From NCBI GenBank assembly GCA_013239625.1, contig MU053559.1, positions 1,751,003 through 1,815,002 of the forward strand: 64,000 bases of DNA. The letters run 5' to 3'. The first letter of the stretch is position 1. Each line of letters begins with the position of its first letter. This document shows, in pieces, positions 38,720 to 53,447 of the stretch. Source of the stretch: Lama guanicoe. Its lineage: Eukaryota. Both the position numbers and the translations under genes were made by a program. Under the pieces are notes generated by a model. That model was given only the letters and a program-made list of their open reading frames with translations, was not told the origin of the DNA and made no database searches.

Positions 38720-41020
38720 CTTAGACCTTTCAGCTATTCTTGCAAATTTATTTTTCCATATAAACTTTAGTGTCTGCTTGTCTAGGTCCAGAATAAAAAC
38801 TTATTGATATTTTTATTGGGAGTGTGGTAAATTTTTCAAATAAGTTAGGGAGGAGAATTATCTTTATGATGATAGCTCGTCCTATCCAAGATAAAGGACT
38901 GTCTTTCCATTTGTTTAAGACTACTTTTTGTGTCTTTCAGGACTGTTTTAAAATTTTCATTATATATATTAGCATATTTCATGTTCAGTTTATTCTTAAG
39001 TATTTTATTTTCTTTGTTGCTACTGTAAATGGATTTTTCTCTACAATTACATCTGCTAACTGGTTACTGTATACATGAAACAGTTGATTCCTTTATGTTA
39101 ATTTTATATCTTGCTAATTTACTGAATTCTTTCATTGTTTGACTTAGTTTTTATTACTGACTCTGTAGGGGTCTCCAGGTTTATTATCATGTCATCTGCA
39201 AATAGAAATAGTTTAACTTCTGTTTTTTAAACTCTTTGGCGTCTAATTAATTTTTCTTGTCTAATTCTATTGGCTAATTGCTTTAGTTTAGTGTTAAATA
39301 GTCACAGAGATAATGGGTATCCTTATCTTGTTCTCTAATCTTAGCAGAAATTCCTCTTGTGCTTCTCATTAAGTAAGATGCTGGGATTAGGATTAAGGTG
39401 TATACACTCAGATACACTCCCACATATGCTTTATCATGTAAAGAAAGTATCCACAAATTTCTATTTTCTTGAGTGTTTTTAAAATTAGAAAATAGTTAAC
39501 TTTTGTGGAAGGCTTTTTCACATCAGTGGAGATAATCATATGATTTTTCTCCTCAGATGTATTAATATGCTATATTTTATTAATGAATTTCATAATATTG
39601 AACTTACCTTTCATTTCACGAGTAAATCCCAATTAGACATGGAGTATTTTTTTCTAGTGTCATATTGGATTCTATTTGCTTATTTTTTATTTAGTATTTC
39701 TGCAGTATTCATAAGTGATTTAATTTGGAATTTTCTGTGCTGTCTTTTCAAGGTTTAGGTATCAAGATTATACTTGCTTCACAAAAAGAAAGTAAAGCTT
39801 TCCTTCATTTTCCATGCTATGGAATAATTTACATAGTATTTGAACAATCTTGTCTGTGAATGTTTGGGAAAATTCTCCTCTTAAACCATGTGGACCAATT
39901 ACTTTTTTGTGGGATAGTTCTTTTATAACTTTAAAGAGTTGATTGGTTTAAGCTTTGTCTCTCTAATGTGGTCAATTTTAGCAAATGTATTTTCCTAGGA
40001 AATTATCTGTTTCATCTGTGTCTTTAAATTTATTTGTATAGAGGTCTATAAAAGTTCTTGTGATTAAAAAAATTCTTCTGTTTCAATGGTTATTTCCCAC
40101 ATGTCATCTCTAATTATGTATATGTCTACCACTCTTTTTTTTCCTTGAAACACTAGAGAAATTTCTGCTAAGATGAGAAACAAGGTGAGGATACCCATTA
40201 TCTCCACAAATTTTTAACATTAAACTGGAGCTATAGTCAATACAATAGTGGTTTGTCTATTTTACTAATTTATTTAGGAAAACAGGATTTTGATTTACTA
40301 ATTACATGTAAAAATAGTTTTTCTAATTTTTATCTCAGCAATTTCTTCTTTCATCTTTATTCTTTCCTCTGTATGTTTTTATTTTGTTTACTTTGTTCTT
40401 TTTCTGGTGTTTTGAGTTGGGAATTTAGTTCATACATTTTAATTTTTTAATTTTATTGGTATGAACATTATTCATTTGTTGATATTTATTGATATTGTTT
40501 AAGGGTATGGAGTTTCCTCCAATCATTTCTTTAATTATATCCAATAATTTTTTATATGTAGTGTTTTCATTAGCATAATTTAAAAATTAATTCCATTATT
40601 TCATTTTTTTAAATTTCCCTTCCTCTCAAGAATTATTTAATAGAAGAAGTCTAAATTTCCAGGTAGAATTTCTGGTTAATAAAACCAGAGAATGTTGTTT
40701 ATAATAGTCCTATTTTATGGAACTTACTGATGATACTCCCTTTGTGACTTAATATATGATCAATGTCTGTGACAGTTTCATGTGCACTTGAGAAGAAGGT
40801 ATATTTCCAATTGTCATGGGGTAAAAGAGCTTGATAAATCCATAATTATGTACCTCATTAATTGGTCCTTTAGATTTTCTATATTCTTACTTTCTGTCCA
40901 TTTGATCTGTCTTGTATTGAAAGTGGTATGTTAAAAGCTTCTATCATTAGTGAGTTTATTATATCCATTTCACATTGCATTTCCTGTAATTTTTGCTTTG
41001 TCGCTGTGGTTACTTTTTAT
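38720..41020 (-). mobile_element. Ancient L1 (L1ME/L1M5 class) ORF2 remnant
   Basis: atcatgtcatctgcaaatagaaatagtttaacttc and other degenerate antisense ORF2 blocks. Confidence 0.75.
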
Positions 41021-41023
41021 AGA

Positions 41024-41455
41024 ATGTGGTGGATATAATAAGCCATTCAGATCTCCCTTTAGGCCACTTTTTACTTCAGCTGCTAGGAGTGCCTTGGGCC
41101 AACAGCCTTCAGCTACCTGTCCCCTTTGGGATCGCCTTAACTGAAGACACCTGTCTTGCCTGAAGTCCTGCCTCTACCGGGTGGGGCCCACATCCAATGA
41201 CTGATCAATGAGGGATTATAAGACCCCAGCCCTCTCACATCAACTTCAGACAGCTCTAAATGGCCATGCCATCTCCAGAGCTCCCCTTAGGATCAGCTGA
41301 GGCATCCATCAAGATTGCATCATAGCTCCACCTATCTCTTGGCTCAATTCTGCTTCCCTCCCACCCCTTTCCTTCTGCAGGTGTTGACCCTAAGAGCCCT
41401 CCTTCATAAAACTCCTGCAGGATAATATCCATTTCAGAGTCTGCCAGATGACAAT
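41024..41455 (+). mobile_element. LTR16A-like ERVL solo LTR
   Basis: tgtggtggata...gcccacatccaatgactgatcaatg...caggtgttgaccctaagagccctcc. Confidence 0.65.
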
Positions 41456-42049
41456 CTGCAGTGAAGTGTCCAAAGGACTAATAGTGTGTAGAGTTATCAC
41501 AGCATTTGTCCCCACATCACTGCTTTTAGAAATTAAATGCTCATGCTAGTGCTCAACCCTTAGAGCAGTTGTCCCAGGCAAATTATCTTATTATTGCCAA
41601 AGACCACAGCAGAGCGTGGCTGTTTGCACTGTGTCTTGCCTCACTCTTGGGAAGATGATTTACTCATACAGATCATGAAGTCCAGTGCCCTGTTGTCTGA
41701 CAATGGTGAGGGAATCCTCACGATTTTTTTTTCCTCTCTTTTTTCTTGCACCAAAGAGAGAAGGCAACCCCAATCATGTGGAACTGCTGGACAACGCAAG
41801 AGGGTAAAACTCTGAGATAACCCCATCTTCTGGGGGACCCATGAGAGCCTGAGAGTGTGGGAGAAATCCCAAAGAGAAGAAAGCTGAAGAAAGGAATCTC
41901 CTAATTTTGTTTACAAACCACGTAAGTCCTAGGTTCACTCCCAAGCTGCACACACATGAAACAGACCAAAAAAGCATGGCAAAGACATTGAAAACTCAGC
42001 CGGGAGTGGAGCCACCACCCACAAAAAGCAAGACATATGCCCCCTGGCG

Positions 42050-42350
42050 GCTCGAGGGGGAATCTGTTGTCTCTTCCAGCTCCTGGGTAGCTGGCTGTTG
42101 GCCTTCCTTGGCTTGTGGCTGCGTCTCTCTCTGCTCTGTCTTCACATTGCCTTTGTGTGTGTGTAATCTCCCTCTTTCTTCTTTCTATAAGGATACATGT
42201 GATGTCATTTATTGCCCCCTCCCAGAGTAATCCAGGATCATCTCCTCATCTAAAGATCCTTAATTACATCTGGAAACACTTTACCACATATAAACCAACA
42301 TTCACAAGTTCCAGGGGTCTAGACACAGACATCCTTAGGTGCCTTCCATA
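42050..42350 (-). mobile_element. MLT1-family LTR fragment
   Basis: ttccttggcttgtggctgc...taatccaggatcatctcctcatctaaagatccttaattacatct. Confidence 0.7.
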
Positions 42351-44085
42351 GTACTATTTATAATAATACCAAAAAAGTGAAATACTTAGGTGTAAATTTA
42401 ACAAATATGTACTGGATCTCTGTGTTGAAAACTACAAAACAATGATGAAAGGAATAAAAAAAAGAGCTAAATGAATGGAGAGATATACTGTGTTCATGGG
42501 TTGGAAGACTCAATATTGTTAGCACTTTGTTAAGTTGTTAATATTCTGTTTAGTATTGTTAATACTTGCTGTTAAGTGTCGGCAAGGTGAGTCTAAAATT
42601 TATTTGGAAAGATAAAGAAATTCAAATATTCAAAACAAATTTTAAAAAGAACAAAATCAAAAGATTTACACTACTTGATTTTGAGACTTACTATATAATG
42701 CTGCAGTAATCAAGACAGGGTGGTACTGGGGAAAGCAGAAACACATAGATCTGTGTAACTGAATAAAGAGTCCAGAAACTGATCCACACAAATATGACCA
42801 ACAGATTATTGACGAAGTTAAAAAGGCAATATAATGAAAAGATAATCTCAACAAATGGTACAGGAACAATTGGATGAACATCCAATGAACCTTGACACAT
42901 ACCTCACTCTTCTTACAAAAATGCACTCAAAGTCAATCATAGACCTAAATATAAGATGTAAAAATTTTAGAAGAAAACAGAAGAAAATCTTTGTGCCCCA
43001 GGCTTAGGCAAAGAATTCTCAGAAATGACACCAAGAGCACCATGTATAAAACAAAAGTGATAAGTTGGACTTCATGAAAAGTAAAAATCTTTGCTCAATA
43101 AAAGATGTTGTTTAGAGAACAACACTAAAATCTATATATTGGGATAAAAGAATTACAAGAAACATATCTGACAGAAGCTTTGTATCTAGAATATACAAAG
43201 AACTCTCAAAACTCAACAATAAAGAAACAAAAAACCCAATATGAAAATGCACAAAAGATTTGAACAGACATTGCACCAAAGAAGACATGCCACTGCATCA
43301 TTGACTGTAAGATGCTCAACATCAATAGTAAAATGCAAATTAAAACCACAGTGAGATACCTCTGAACACCTATTACAATGGCTTCAAAAAACCTGGCAAT
43401 ACCAGCGGCTGGCAGGGTTGTAGTGCAATTAGAACACTAATACATCGCTGGCGGGAGTGTAAAAGTGGTTCAGACACTTCGGAAAAACAGTTTGGGACTT
43501 TCTTATAAAGTTAAAAACAGCCTTACTACTTGCCCTATCAATTCCATGCCAACATATTTACCCCAAAGAAATGAAAACTGTTATTCAAACCAAATCCTCT
43601 ATATGAATGTAGCAGTTTTTTCACAGTTACTACAAATTTGAAAAAACCTAAATGCCATTCACTTGGTGGACGGAGAAACAAACTCTGGTGATCTATACAG
43701 TGAAATACTACTCAATAATAAAAAGGAACATACTTTTGATAATACACAACATGGATGAATCGCAAATGCATTATTCTGTATGAAGAAAACCAGCCTCAAA
43801 AGACTACATTTTGTATAATTCCATTCATATTACATTCAGGAATGTGCATAAGTATATTGACAGAGAGCAGATGAGTGGTTGCCAGGGATTAAGGACAGAG
43901 CAGAGGAACTGACTATAAAGGGACAAAATGAGGGAGTTTGGGGTGGGGGGTGGTAATTATAACTATTCTGTCTCTCGCCTGTGGTGGTAGTTACATGACT
44001 TGGTGCATTTGTCAAAACTCATAAAACTGGACGCCGGGAAGAATGAATTTTACTGTAGGTTAATTTACAAATAAAATTAAGAAAT
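42351..44085 (+). mobile_element. Old L1 (L1MC/MD class), ORF2 end and 3'UTR
   Basis: tgttcatgggttggaagactcaatattgtt...atttgtcaaaactcataaaactg...aataaaa. Confidence 0.8.
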
Positions 44086-44210
44086 CCAGATATTCCTGGT
44101 CCTGCTTTCTTTCAAAGACCAAGCTGTCCTTAGCGCCTGAGCTCAAATGGATGAAAAGATGAAGTAGGGCTTGCCTGCAGCCCATATCTAAGCTCTGTGA
44201 ATTCACCTCT

Positions 44211-44640
44211 GTTACAGGTTGAGTTCTCTGTTGAAGCCGACACTGAGATGGAGATTAGCACACAGGAGGTCTATTAGAGAGGGCCCTTGGCATCAATATC
44301 TGTTGAAGGGAATGGAAGGATGCAGGATTGGGAAGAGGGAGAGGCTGGGTTACAATAGGAACCCAGGAGCTCTTTTGGCATGCCACATGGTGATCTTTGA
44401 AGATGGAATGTCTATTTAGAGTTGTCCCAAGTTGAGAGGATGAGCCCCGTGTCATTCAGTTATTAGATTCAGGCTGACCTGTAGAAGGATGTGACTTTGG
44501 GTGAGGCAGCTCTCTTTAGCCAAGGCAATCTCCGAAGAGGCTGGCAGCCGAGGGCTTCCTGTGGGCACCCCTCCCAGAAGCGAGGGAACATTTTCTTTAG
44601 TCCTGAAGGAGAATCTGGACAGCATCCACCACATGCTCCG
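44211..44640 (-). mobile_element. LTR16A-like ERVL solo LTR
   Basis: gttacaggttgagttc...ctgagatggagattagcacacaggaggtctattag; antisense to the 3' end of 41024-41455. Confidence 0.65.
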
Positions 44641-44937
44641 ACATCTTCAAAGGAGGAGGTGTTACAATCTTCTTTACCACTTCCTGGAGGCCAGAAAGGG
44701 TGGTTTCCTGTTGAAATCCAATTACAATTTATTTCTCAGGTCTCTTTGTATTTTCTAGACTTAAATCAGCAAACAAACATAATTTCTGGGTGAAGAGTAT
44801 CTTCTCACAGGAGTTCTTCCAATCTTACACATTTTCCTTCCTTGTTGTTAATATGTGTATAATTTATCTTGTGAGAAGGAAAGCATAAAATTTAATGGAA
44901 CTTAGTTGGTTAATTTCTCATCAGAAAGGAAAAATTA

Positions 44938-45075
44938 GTGGGGGGAGGGTGTAACTCAGGTGGTAGAGAGCATGCTTAGCATGCACAGGGTCCTGGGTCC
45001 AATCCCCAGTACCTCTTCTAAAAACAAACAAACCAACAAACTAATTACCTCCTGCCCCACTAAAAACACTAAAAA
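44938..45075 (+). mobile_element. tRNA-Ala-derived SINE (Vic-1 type)
   Basis: ggggagggtgtaactcaggtggtagagagcatgcttagcatgcac. Perfect TSD aaaggaaaaatta (44925-44937 / 45076-45088). Confidence 0.9.
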
Positions 45076-45329
45076 AAAGGAAAAATTAACTAATTATACA
45101 GTGTAGGTCAGGGCATCTTTCATTATACTCTCAATATTCTCACTTCACATCCTTAAGATATTGACCTTCTAATATGGTGAGGATTGGACAAGCTTCCAAG
45201 CTGTGGCCAAAGTGAGGCAGCGATTATTCTAGAGATATTGTTAGGATATCACTGTATACCACACGATCTCCCACAAATATAGAGGCTGCACTGTGAGAGG
45301 AGAGTTAATTCACATCTTTCCTCTTCAGA

Positions 45330-46510
45330 CATGACTCGATTCCCTGTGGTTCCCTTGCTACCTCTCAAGTTCCTCCTTCTTAATCTCCTTCATAGTCTGC
45401 ACCTAAACTAAAATATTGGGAATCCCAAAGGTCCATCCTTGGGCCCCCCTTCTCATTGCACTCAACCACCTGAGACTCAATGGCCATGGCCTCTCCCAGC
45501 AAGTTTACATTGTTCACTCAAATATCATTTCCAGCTTTCTCTCTTGAATTCCAATTGGTGTCATATTTCTACTTCTGTCTCAGCACCTCCACTTGGATGT
45601 CCCCCACCAGTCATCTCAAATTCATTTTGTCCCAAACTAAACCCTCTACAACCCTCTATAAATCTGCTATTCTTTGTGAATGTCCTGTTTTGAATAATGT
45701 TCTCATTACACACCAAGATGGCAGAATTAGAAACCTCACAGTCATCTTTGTGCATGTCTCACCTTTCCTCAGGCAACACATCCAGCCATTTCCCTTAGCC
45801 TGTAAGTCGAACATGTGAATGTCTCTCAAATATGTCTTCATCATTAACCCTTCTCCCTGTAAGATGTCACCATTTATCAATCCACACTGTGTTTTTCCTC
45901 TCTAGCTTTTGTCATCATGTCTCAACTGCTCTCTCTGCTTCCATCCTTCACTGCCTCCATAGCTTTAAAATACAGCTTTCTGAGGCCCACAAGATCAAGT
46001 CCACACTTCTTAGCATACCTCACAAGGTTTTTCACAGAGCTGTCATCACTCTTTAGCATGCCTTCTAAGGGTTTCACAGTCTGGCCCTAACCCACGTATA
46101 CAGTCTCCCTTTCCACTTCCTTCCTCTTCCTCTTCCTCTTCCTCTTCCATCCTCCATTCCAGTTCTGTTGGTACATTGTGTTTTATGCTGTGTGTTCAAA
46201 CCAAACTGTTCTGGGCTTAGCAAAAATGCGGAGTGGTTTGATGCTTCTAAATCTGAGCTCAAGTTGTTCCCTCTGCTTAAAATGCCCCTTGCCCACATCT
46301 CAGTCCATGAAATCCCACTCAGATTTGAAGCCCACTTATAAACTTCCTCCAACAGAATTAATGATTCATTATCTGGGTTCCCATGGAATTTTGTGCACAC
46401 ATGCACTAAAATACCTCTTACATACTGTTTGAGTTTGTTTCTCTTACTAGACGGACTCTGAGCCCCACAAGAAGACTTGAAATACATGTTCAATTGATGT
46501 TTGGTTTGAC
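45330..46510 (+). mobile_element. L2 LINE 3' portion
   Basis: ctccacttggatgtcccccaccagtcatctcaaattca; gttccctctgcttaaaatgccctt; cttactagacggactctgagcccc. Confidence 0.65.
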
Positions 46511-47482
46511 CTACTAAGTCTAATATTCCTGGTACAGTTAGCACATTAAGCTGAGACTACTTATTACATACACCTAAGGAAGAATTTTAATTAGATGTTG
46601 TACTGTGGGTTAGAAACCAAGGAAGCAAACATTAATGTATTGAGTTTAAAGGAAGGGAGAAGTAATTCTCAAGAACTAATTTGGGAAACAGAGAGGAATG
46701 AGGGACCTGCATAGAAGAAAGAAGCAGCGATAAACCAGAAGTGGACATTATTTAAAGACAAATTTACCCACTTTAACATTCTGTCTGTCCTGTTCTGTTT
46801 TTGTATACAGGCAGGCTGATGTGCCCTGATGCCAAATAAGAAAATATCTGATAAAAATATTATGCAACCCAGCACTGAAGAAGGTGAAAGTTTTTACTGT
46901 ATATATTAGTCATGATTTGTTCTTGTTCTTAGCCTACTTTTATAGATGTAGCTTCTTGATGACTGCTTTTTTGCAGATTAATTCGAGATGCAGATAAAGA
47001 AGAAATGAAATAGAGACAATTCTATTTTAGTCACTTAGCTTGCTGGTCCTTCTGGACAGTTTATCCATATTCTATAAAATGTCACCATCTGCTGGAGGAA
47101 GAAAATATGTGCAATTTAACTGTGTTGCATGAAGTTTTATTTCTAGCCAACATGATTAACTACTTAGAACTATAAAATTTTTAGTAAGATGATTACACTA
47201 GTTCAGCGGGTGAAGAATTACCAAATCACATGAGTAAATGTTACTCACCACTCTCCTTTATTTGAGGCTACGCTTTCTCCATTGGGCAATTTGGATCAAG
47301 TATCCTTTAAAATGTTTTAACAAGCAGATATTTCTCAGGACCACTTGCCTTCTGTTTTCAGCTATTTGCTGTTAGCACTTGACATGAAAGTGTTAGGTAT
47401 TAAAATGAGCTGCTGTAGAGGTGGGACTTCAAAAATGGCTTAGTGAGAAGCTCAACAAACCCATACTCAAAAAGCAATGATA

Positions 47483-47606
47483 GGAGGTGGTGGGGAGGGG
47501 CATAGCTCAGTGGTAGAGCACATGCTTGGCACACACAAGGTCCAGGGTTCAATCCCCAGTGCCTCTGTTAAGGGGGAAAATCTTTTTAAAACCAAATTTA
47601 TAGGGA
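47483..47606 (+). mobile_element. tRNA-Ala-derived SINE (Vic-1 type)
   Basis: ggggaggggcatagctcagtggtagagcacatgc; TSD aaaaa(g/t)caatgata. Confidence 0.88.
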
Positions 47607-50600
47607 AAAAATCAATGATAAAATTGATGAAATAAACCAAAACCCAGCTTCTTCAGGACTCTGGAAATTGGCCAGAAGGAGAGGAAAGAAAGAAAGGGGC
47701 AGAAAAAAACATTTCAGAAATAATGGCTAAAACTATCCCAAATTTGATGAAAAACATTGATCTACACATATAATAAATTCAGTGAATTCCCTGCAAGGAG
47801 CTCTATGCTTAAACACAACCATATTCAAACTACCGAAAGCCAAAAATTAAATCCTGCAAGTCATGAGAGAAAAATGGCTCATCAGGTACAGTGGAACCAC
47901 ATTACATACAAGGGAATCACAATGATTCCTCATCAGCAACAATGGAGGCCAGAAGGGGGTGGTATGATGCATTTAGGTGCCAAAAGAAAAAAAATAATGT
48001 TAACCAGAATTCTATACCCAGCAAAACTATCTTTCAAAAAATAAAGGCAATGGGTAAAGGATCTGAATAGACATTTCTCTAATGAAGGTATAGAAATGTC
48101 CCATAAGTATATGAAAAGAATCTCAACATCATTATTCTTCAGGGAAATGCAAATAAAAGTCCTAGTGAGATACCAATTCACACCCACTAGGATGGCCGTT
48201 ATCAAAGTCAGATAGAAACAACTGTTGGCAAAGATATGGAGAAATCAGAAGCTACATACACTGCTGGAGGGAAAGTAAAATTGTGTAGCCACTTTGAAAA
48301 AAATTCTGGCAGTTCCTCAAAAAGTTAAATAAAGAGTTAATATTTGACTCAGGAATTTCACTTTTAAGTATATATCCAAGAGAAATAAAGACATATGTTG
48401 ATATAAAAACTTGCACACAAATATGCATAGCAGCATTATTCAGAATATCCCAAAGTGGAAAGAATCCAAATGTCCATCAACTGAAGAATGGACAAAAAAA
48501 TGTGGTGTATACATATAATGGAATATGACTCATCCATAAAAAGAAATGAATTGCTGATACATGCTACAACATGGATGAATCTTGAAAACGTAATGCTAAA
48601 TGAAAAAAGCCAGTCACAAAAGACCACATATTATATGATTCAATTTTTATGAAATCATCAGAATTAGCAAATCTATAAAGACAGAAAGCAGATTAGTGGT
48701 TTCCTAGGGCTGGGGAGGGCAGTGGGGTTTGGGGAGGGTGACAGACAGCTAAAGGGTACAAGATTTTTTGTGTGTTTATAACAACATTCTACAACTGATT
48801 GTGGGTGATGGTTGCACAACTCTGTGAATATACTAGAAACCACTGAACTGAACACTTAAATGGGTGGATTGTATGGTACATAAATGAGACCTCCATAAAA
48901 CTGTTATCAAAAAAAGAAGTATGATTAAAGGTTTTGATGATAAAGGCTCTAATGGAAAAACTGCACAATGGCCAAACCAGATATGTAATGTCATCACAAA
49001 GATGAAAGCTTAAAGAATTTTTTAAAAAATGCTAAAGAGAGTAACATCATTGAAACAGTGGGGAAGGGAGCTCTGAGGATTCATCTCTCCTTAGAAACAA
49101 TGATTAAGCTGACAAAAATGGTCCAAATCAAGCCTTTTGGAACTCTGGAACGCAATTTTAAAAACTTATAATAACCAGAGGAGTGATTAATGAGAAAAAA
49201 AGGATGCTAAATTTTGGTAAGAGACTACTGTGGTATTTTTGTTTACTAACTTACTATCCCCCACTCCTCAGCTCAGCAGTGGTTGTGGGGACAGTGGCCT
49301 TACTGCTTGCAGATTTCTAGTACCAGAGGCAGTAGTACAAGTGTCATTCTCAAAGAATTGTGGTGGTGTATTTTGATCTATCTGGTTGGCTCCCTGAGGG
49401 ATCAGCTTAGAGGCTTCCTTTTGTTTCACCTTGCTTGGAGATCTCTCAGGGCTGGAGTGACTCCTGGGTAGCCATCTGTCAAAAGCATTTAAAGGCACTT
49501 GCTCTTAACAGTCACTTGGGGCAAGGGACAATGGAAGGGTCAAGCAGCATTCAGACTTAAAAGCCTGAGAGAAGATACGTAGGAGAATAAGGGCTTTGAA
49601 GGGTTCCTGCATATACCAGTGAAACTGGAGGGCACACACATGCCCAGGATTGGACACATGCTCAGAAAAGACCTTTAAGGACAACAGGCTTTTATCTCTA
49701 ACTGAACTTTGGACTGCATGTAGCAGGAGGCGAGAGCTAAGGTAGAGTTGCAGGGAGCCTAACTAAACTTTAAAGGCATGTCCCAGCTCAGAGCTAACCT
49801 GCAAAGACCAAGAGAATTTTTTAAAGCTCCGTGTATTTAAAGAAGTCTCTTTCAGGTTGCTGGCTGACTGCTGAGATAATGGAATGGAGACTCCGGCGAT
49901 CACATATGATAAGGAATACAATCTTTGCGCGTGCACACACACACACACACACACAAATAATGGAAAAGTCACTAAAAAAAATAAATGACTGCAACCCACA
50001 AAAAAAGAGGGAAAAACAATAACAAACCCTGGGGAGAGTTTATCCAAGTAGGAAAGACTCAAAGAGATTCACACTGAAACACATTATAATCAAATTGTTG
50101 AAAACACTGATCAGATCAACCAAACAGCAAAAGATAAGTGACATGTCATGTAAAAAACAATGCTCAATGAGAATAAGAGCCAATTTCTCATCAAAAACTA
50201 TGGGGCCCAGAATGCAGTGTAATAACATATTTACAGTGCTGAGAAAGAAACTGTCAACCAATAATACTATGTCTGGCAAAAATAACCTTCAAAACTGAAA
50301 AAGAAACTGAGATTCCCTGGTAAACAAAAGCTGAAGAAGTTTGTGGCTAGTAGACCTGCGCTATAAAAAATACTAAAAGGGAGTCCTTCGGGATAAAATG
50401 AAAGGGCACTAGACAGTAATTTAAAGCCATATAAAGAAATAAAGAACACCTGTACAGATAACCACATAGGTAAATATAAAAGCCAGTATGTATCTTTGGT
50501 TTGGAACTCCTCTTATTTTTCCTATAGGATTTAAAAGACAAATGCATAAGAAATAACTATAAATCTGTGTGAATGAGCACACAATGTTTTAAGATATAAA

Positions 50601-52582
50601 TTGACAATAAAAAAAATAAAGTGGGAGGGAATGGAGCGATACAGATGCGGAGTTTTACATGCTATTGAAGCTAAGTTGTTATCAATTCAAACTGTATTGT
50701 TACGAATTTAGTGTGTTAATTGCAATTCCCAGGGTAACCAGGGAATATGGTTATACGGGAAAATAACTTTAAAAATGTACAGAAAAGGAAATGAGGAAGT
50801 AATCAAAACAATATACTAGGAGAAAAAAACATCAATGAAATACAAAAGAAGGCAGTGATGAATTAACTGAGGAACAAAAATGTTATATAGAAAATAAATA
50901 GCAAAGTGACGGAAAAAAGTCCTTTTTCATCAGTAATTACTTTAGATATAAATGGATTTAACTATCTAATTAAAAAGCAGACACTGGCAGAATGTATTTT
51001 TTTAAAAACCCAAGAACATGACCTAACAGTACACTATATACAAGAGACTCAATTTAGATCAAAAAAGAAACAACCTACAAATGGGGAAAGTAAAAGGGTA
51101 GAAAATGATATCCCATGCAAATAGTAACGAAAGGATATGAGATGGCTATACTAATATCAGACAAAATAGACTTTAAGTCAAAAATTGTTACAAGAGCCAA
51201 AGGAGGATATTACATATTGATAAAATGTCAATCAAGATGATTTAAAATTATAAAGACATACACCTCAAAAACAGGACCCATATATATATATATCTTCACA
51301 CCTTAAGAAGCTAGAAAAGGAAAAGCAAGTTAAATCCAAAACTAGTAGAAGGAAGGAAATAATAAAGATTAGAACAGAAATAAGTGAAATAGATACTAGA
51401 AAAACAGTAAAGAAATCAACTAAACTAAAAATTGATTCACTGGAAACATCAACAAAGTTGACAAACCTTTAGTTGGACTTCAAGAAAAAAAGAGAGATGA
51501 AAATAACTAAAATTATAAATGAAAATGAGGACATCATTACTGACCTTACAGGAATAAAAATGATTATAAAAGTATACTATGAGTAACTATACACAAAAAA
51601 TTAGCTAACCTAGATGAAATGGACAAATTCCTAGAGACATACAAATTACCAGAACTGTTTCAAGAAGAAATAAAAAATCTGAATAGATCTGTAACAATTA
51701 AAGTGATTGAATCGGTAATCAAAAACATTCATCAAAGAAAAGTCTAGGACCAGATGGCTTCGTTGGTGAATTCTACTGAACATTTAAAGAATTAACACCA
51801 ATCATTCTCCAACTATTTGAAAAAATAGAAGAGGAGGTAACACTTCCTAAATCACTCTATGAAGTAAACTTCCTCATAGTGTTATATAATACTCTGATAC
51901 CAATCATACATATAATCATATATATCATAATCACATATCATATATAATCATATATATAACTGTATATTCCTATATATATCATATGATATATATATATATA
52001 ATGTGTCACTCTGATACCAATCCCAGACAAGGAAAGTCCAAGAAAAGAAAATTACAAACCATTATCCTTTATGAATATAGATAAAAAATCCTCAACAAAA
52101 TACTAGTGAACCAAATCCAGCAGCATATTAAAAGGGATATATACCGATATATACTATGACTAAACAGGATATGTCCCAGGGATGTAAGCATGGTTCAATG
52201 TATGAAAATCAATGTGATATGCCATATTAATAGAATAAAGGAAAAAACATGTGGTCATCTCAATGGATACAGAAAAAGCATTTGACATAAGACAATACAC
52301 TGTTATGACAAAAATTTGTAAACTATGAATAGAAGGGAATTTTCTTAACATGATAAAGGGAATTTTTGAAAAACCCACAGCTAAGATCATACTCCATGGT
52401 GAAATACTAAAAGATTTCCACCTATGATCAGGAATAAGACAAGAATGTCTGTTTTTCCACTGCTATTCAACATTGTTCTGGAAATTCTAGCCAGAGCAAT
52501 TAGGCAAGAACAAGAAAAGGCATCCAAATTGGAAAGGAATAAATATAACTATCTCTAATCACAGATGACATTATCTTATATA

Positions 52583-52812
52583 TTTTTTACATTTTTTTAT
52601 TGAGTAATAGTCATCTTACAATTTTGTGTCAAATTCCAGTGTAGAGAACAATTTTTCAGTTATACATGAACATACATATATTCATTGTCACTTTTTTTCG
52701 CTATGAGCTACCACAAGCTCTTGTATATATTTTCTCTGTGCTATATAGTATAATCTTGTTTAGCTATTCTGCATTTTAAAATCCCAGTCTGTCCCTTCCC
52801 ACCCCCTGCCCC
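52583..52812 (-). mobile_element. Young L1 3'-end fragment with perfect 17-bp TSD
   Basis: TSD tgacattatcttatata at 52566-52582 and 52813-52829; T-rich tail at the left end. Confidence 0.85.
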
Positions 52813-53447
52813 TGACATTATCTTATATATATAAAATCCCAAAGAATCTACACACACACAAACTATCAGAGCTAATAAACAATCTCAACAAAGTTGCAGG
52901 GTATATTATCAACAGGCAAAAGTCAGTTAATTTCTATTTACTAGCAATACAAATCTGAAAAAAAAATTTTAAAATTCCATTTACAGTAGCACTGAAAGGA
53001 ATAAAATACTTAGGAATAAATGTAATCAAGAAGGTGAAAGACTTGTACACTGAAAACTACAAAGCAAAATTGAAAAAAATTAAAGACCTAAACAAATGGA
53101 AAAGAATCTCATGTCCATGGACTGAAAAACTTGATATTGTTAAGATAGCAAGAGTCAACCAAAGCAATTTACAGATTCCATACAATCCCTATCAAAATCC
53201 TAATGGCCCTTTTTTTTTTTGAATTGGGAAAGCTAATCCTAAAATTCTTACGGAATTTCAAGGGACCCTGAATAGCCAAAATAGTCATGAAAAAAGAGAA
53301 ACAAAGTAGGAGGACTAACACTTCCTGATTTCAAAATTTACCACAAAGCCACAGGAATAAAAGCAGTGTGGTACTGGCATGAAGATAGACATCCAGCTCA
53401 ATGGAACAGAGTGGCGAGTCCAAAATAGATTCATACATATACGGCCA

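Larger units (their letters stand above)
47421..53447 (+). mobile_element. Composite of old sense-strand L1 pieces (L1M/L1MB class): 47421-48915 and ~49020-53447
   Basis: ORF1 peptide TRILYPAKLSFK (~48003), L1MB-type 3' end to ~48915, second 5'UTR from ~49035, EN and RT remnants 50900-53447. Confidence 0.8.

Noticed and set aside
41024..44640. Two LTR16A-like copies as the ends of one provirus
   Set aside because: They are inverted, not direct, and the interval holds MLT1 and L1 sequence rather than ERV internal sequence.
46795..46890. Exon-like segment (pyrimidine tract-CAG ... AAG|GTGAAA)
   Set aside because: Weak donor and no recognisable protein or KRAB similarity; cannot be supported.
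51850..52025. AT-rich tract flanked by duplicated actctgataccaatc
   Set aside because: Low-complexity expansion inside a dead L1; no sign of function.
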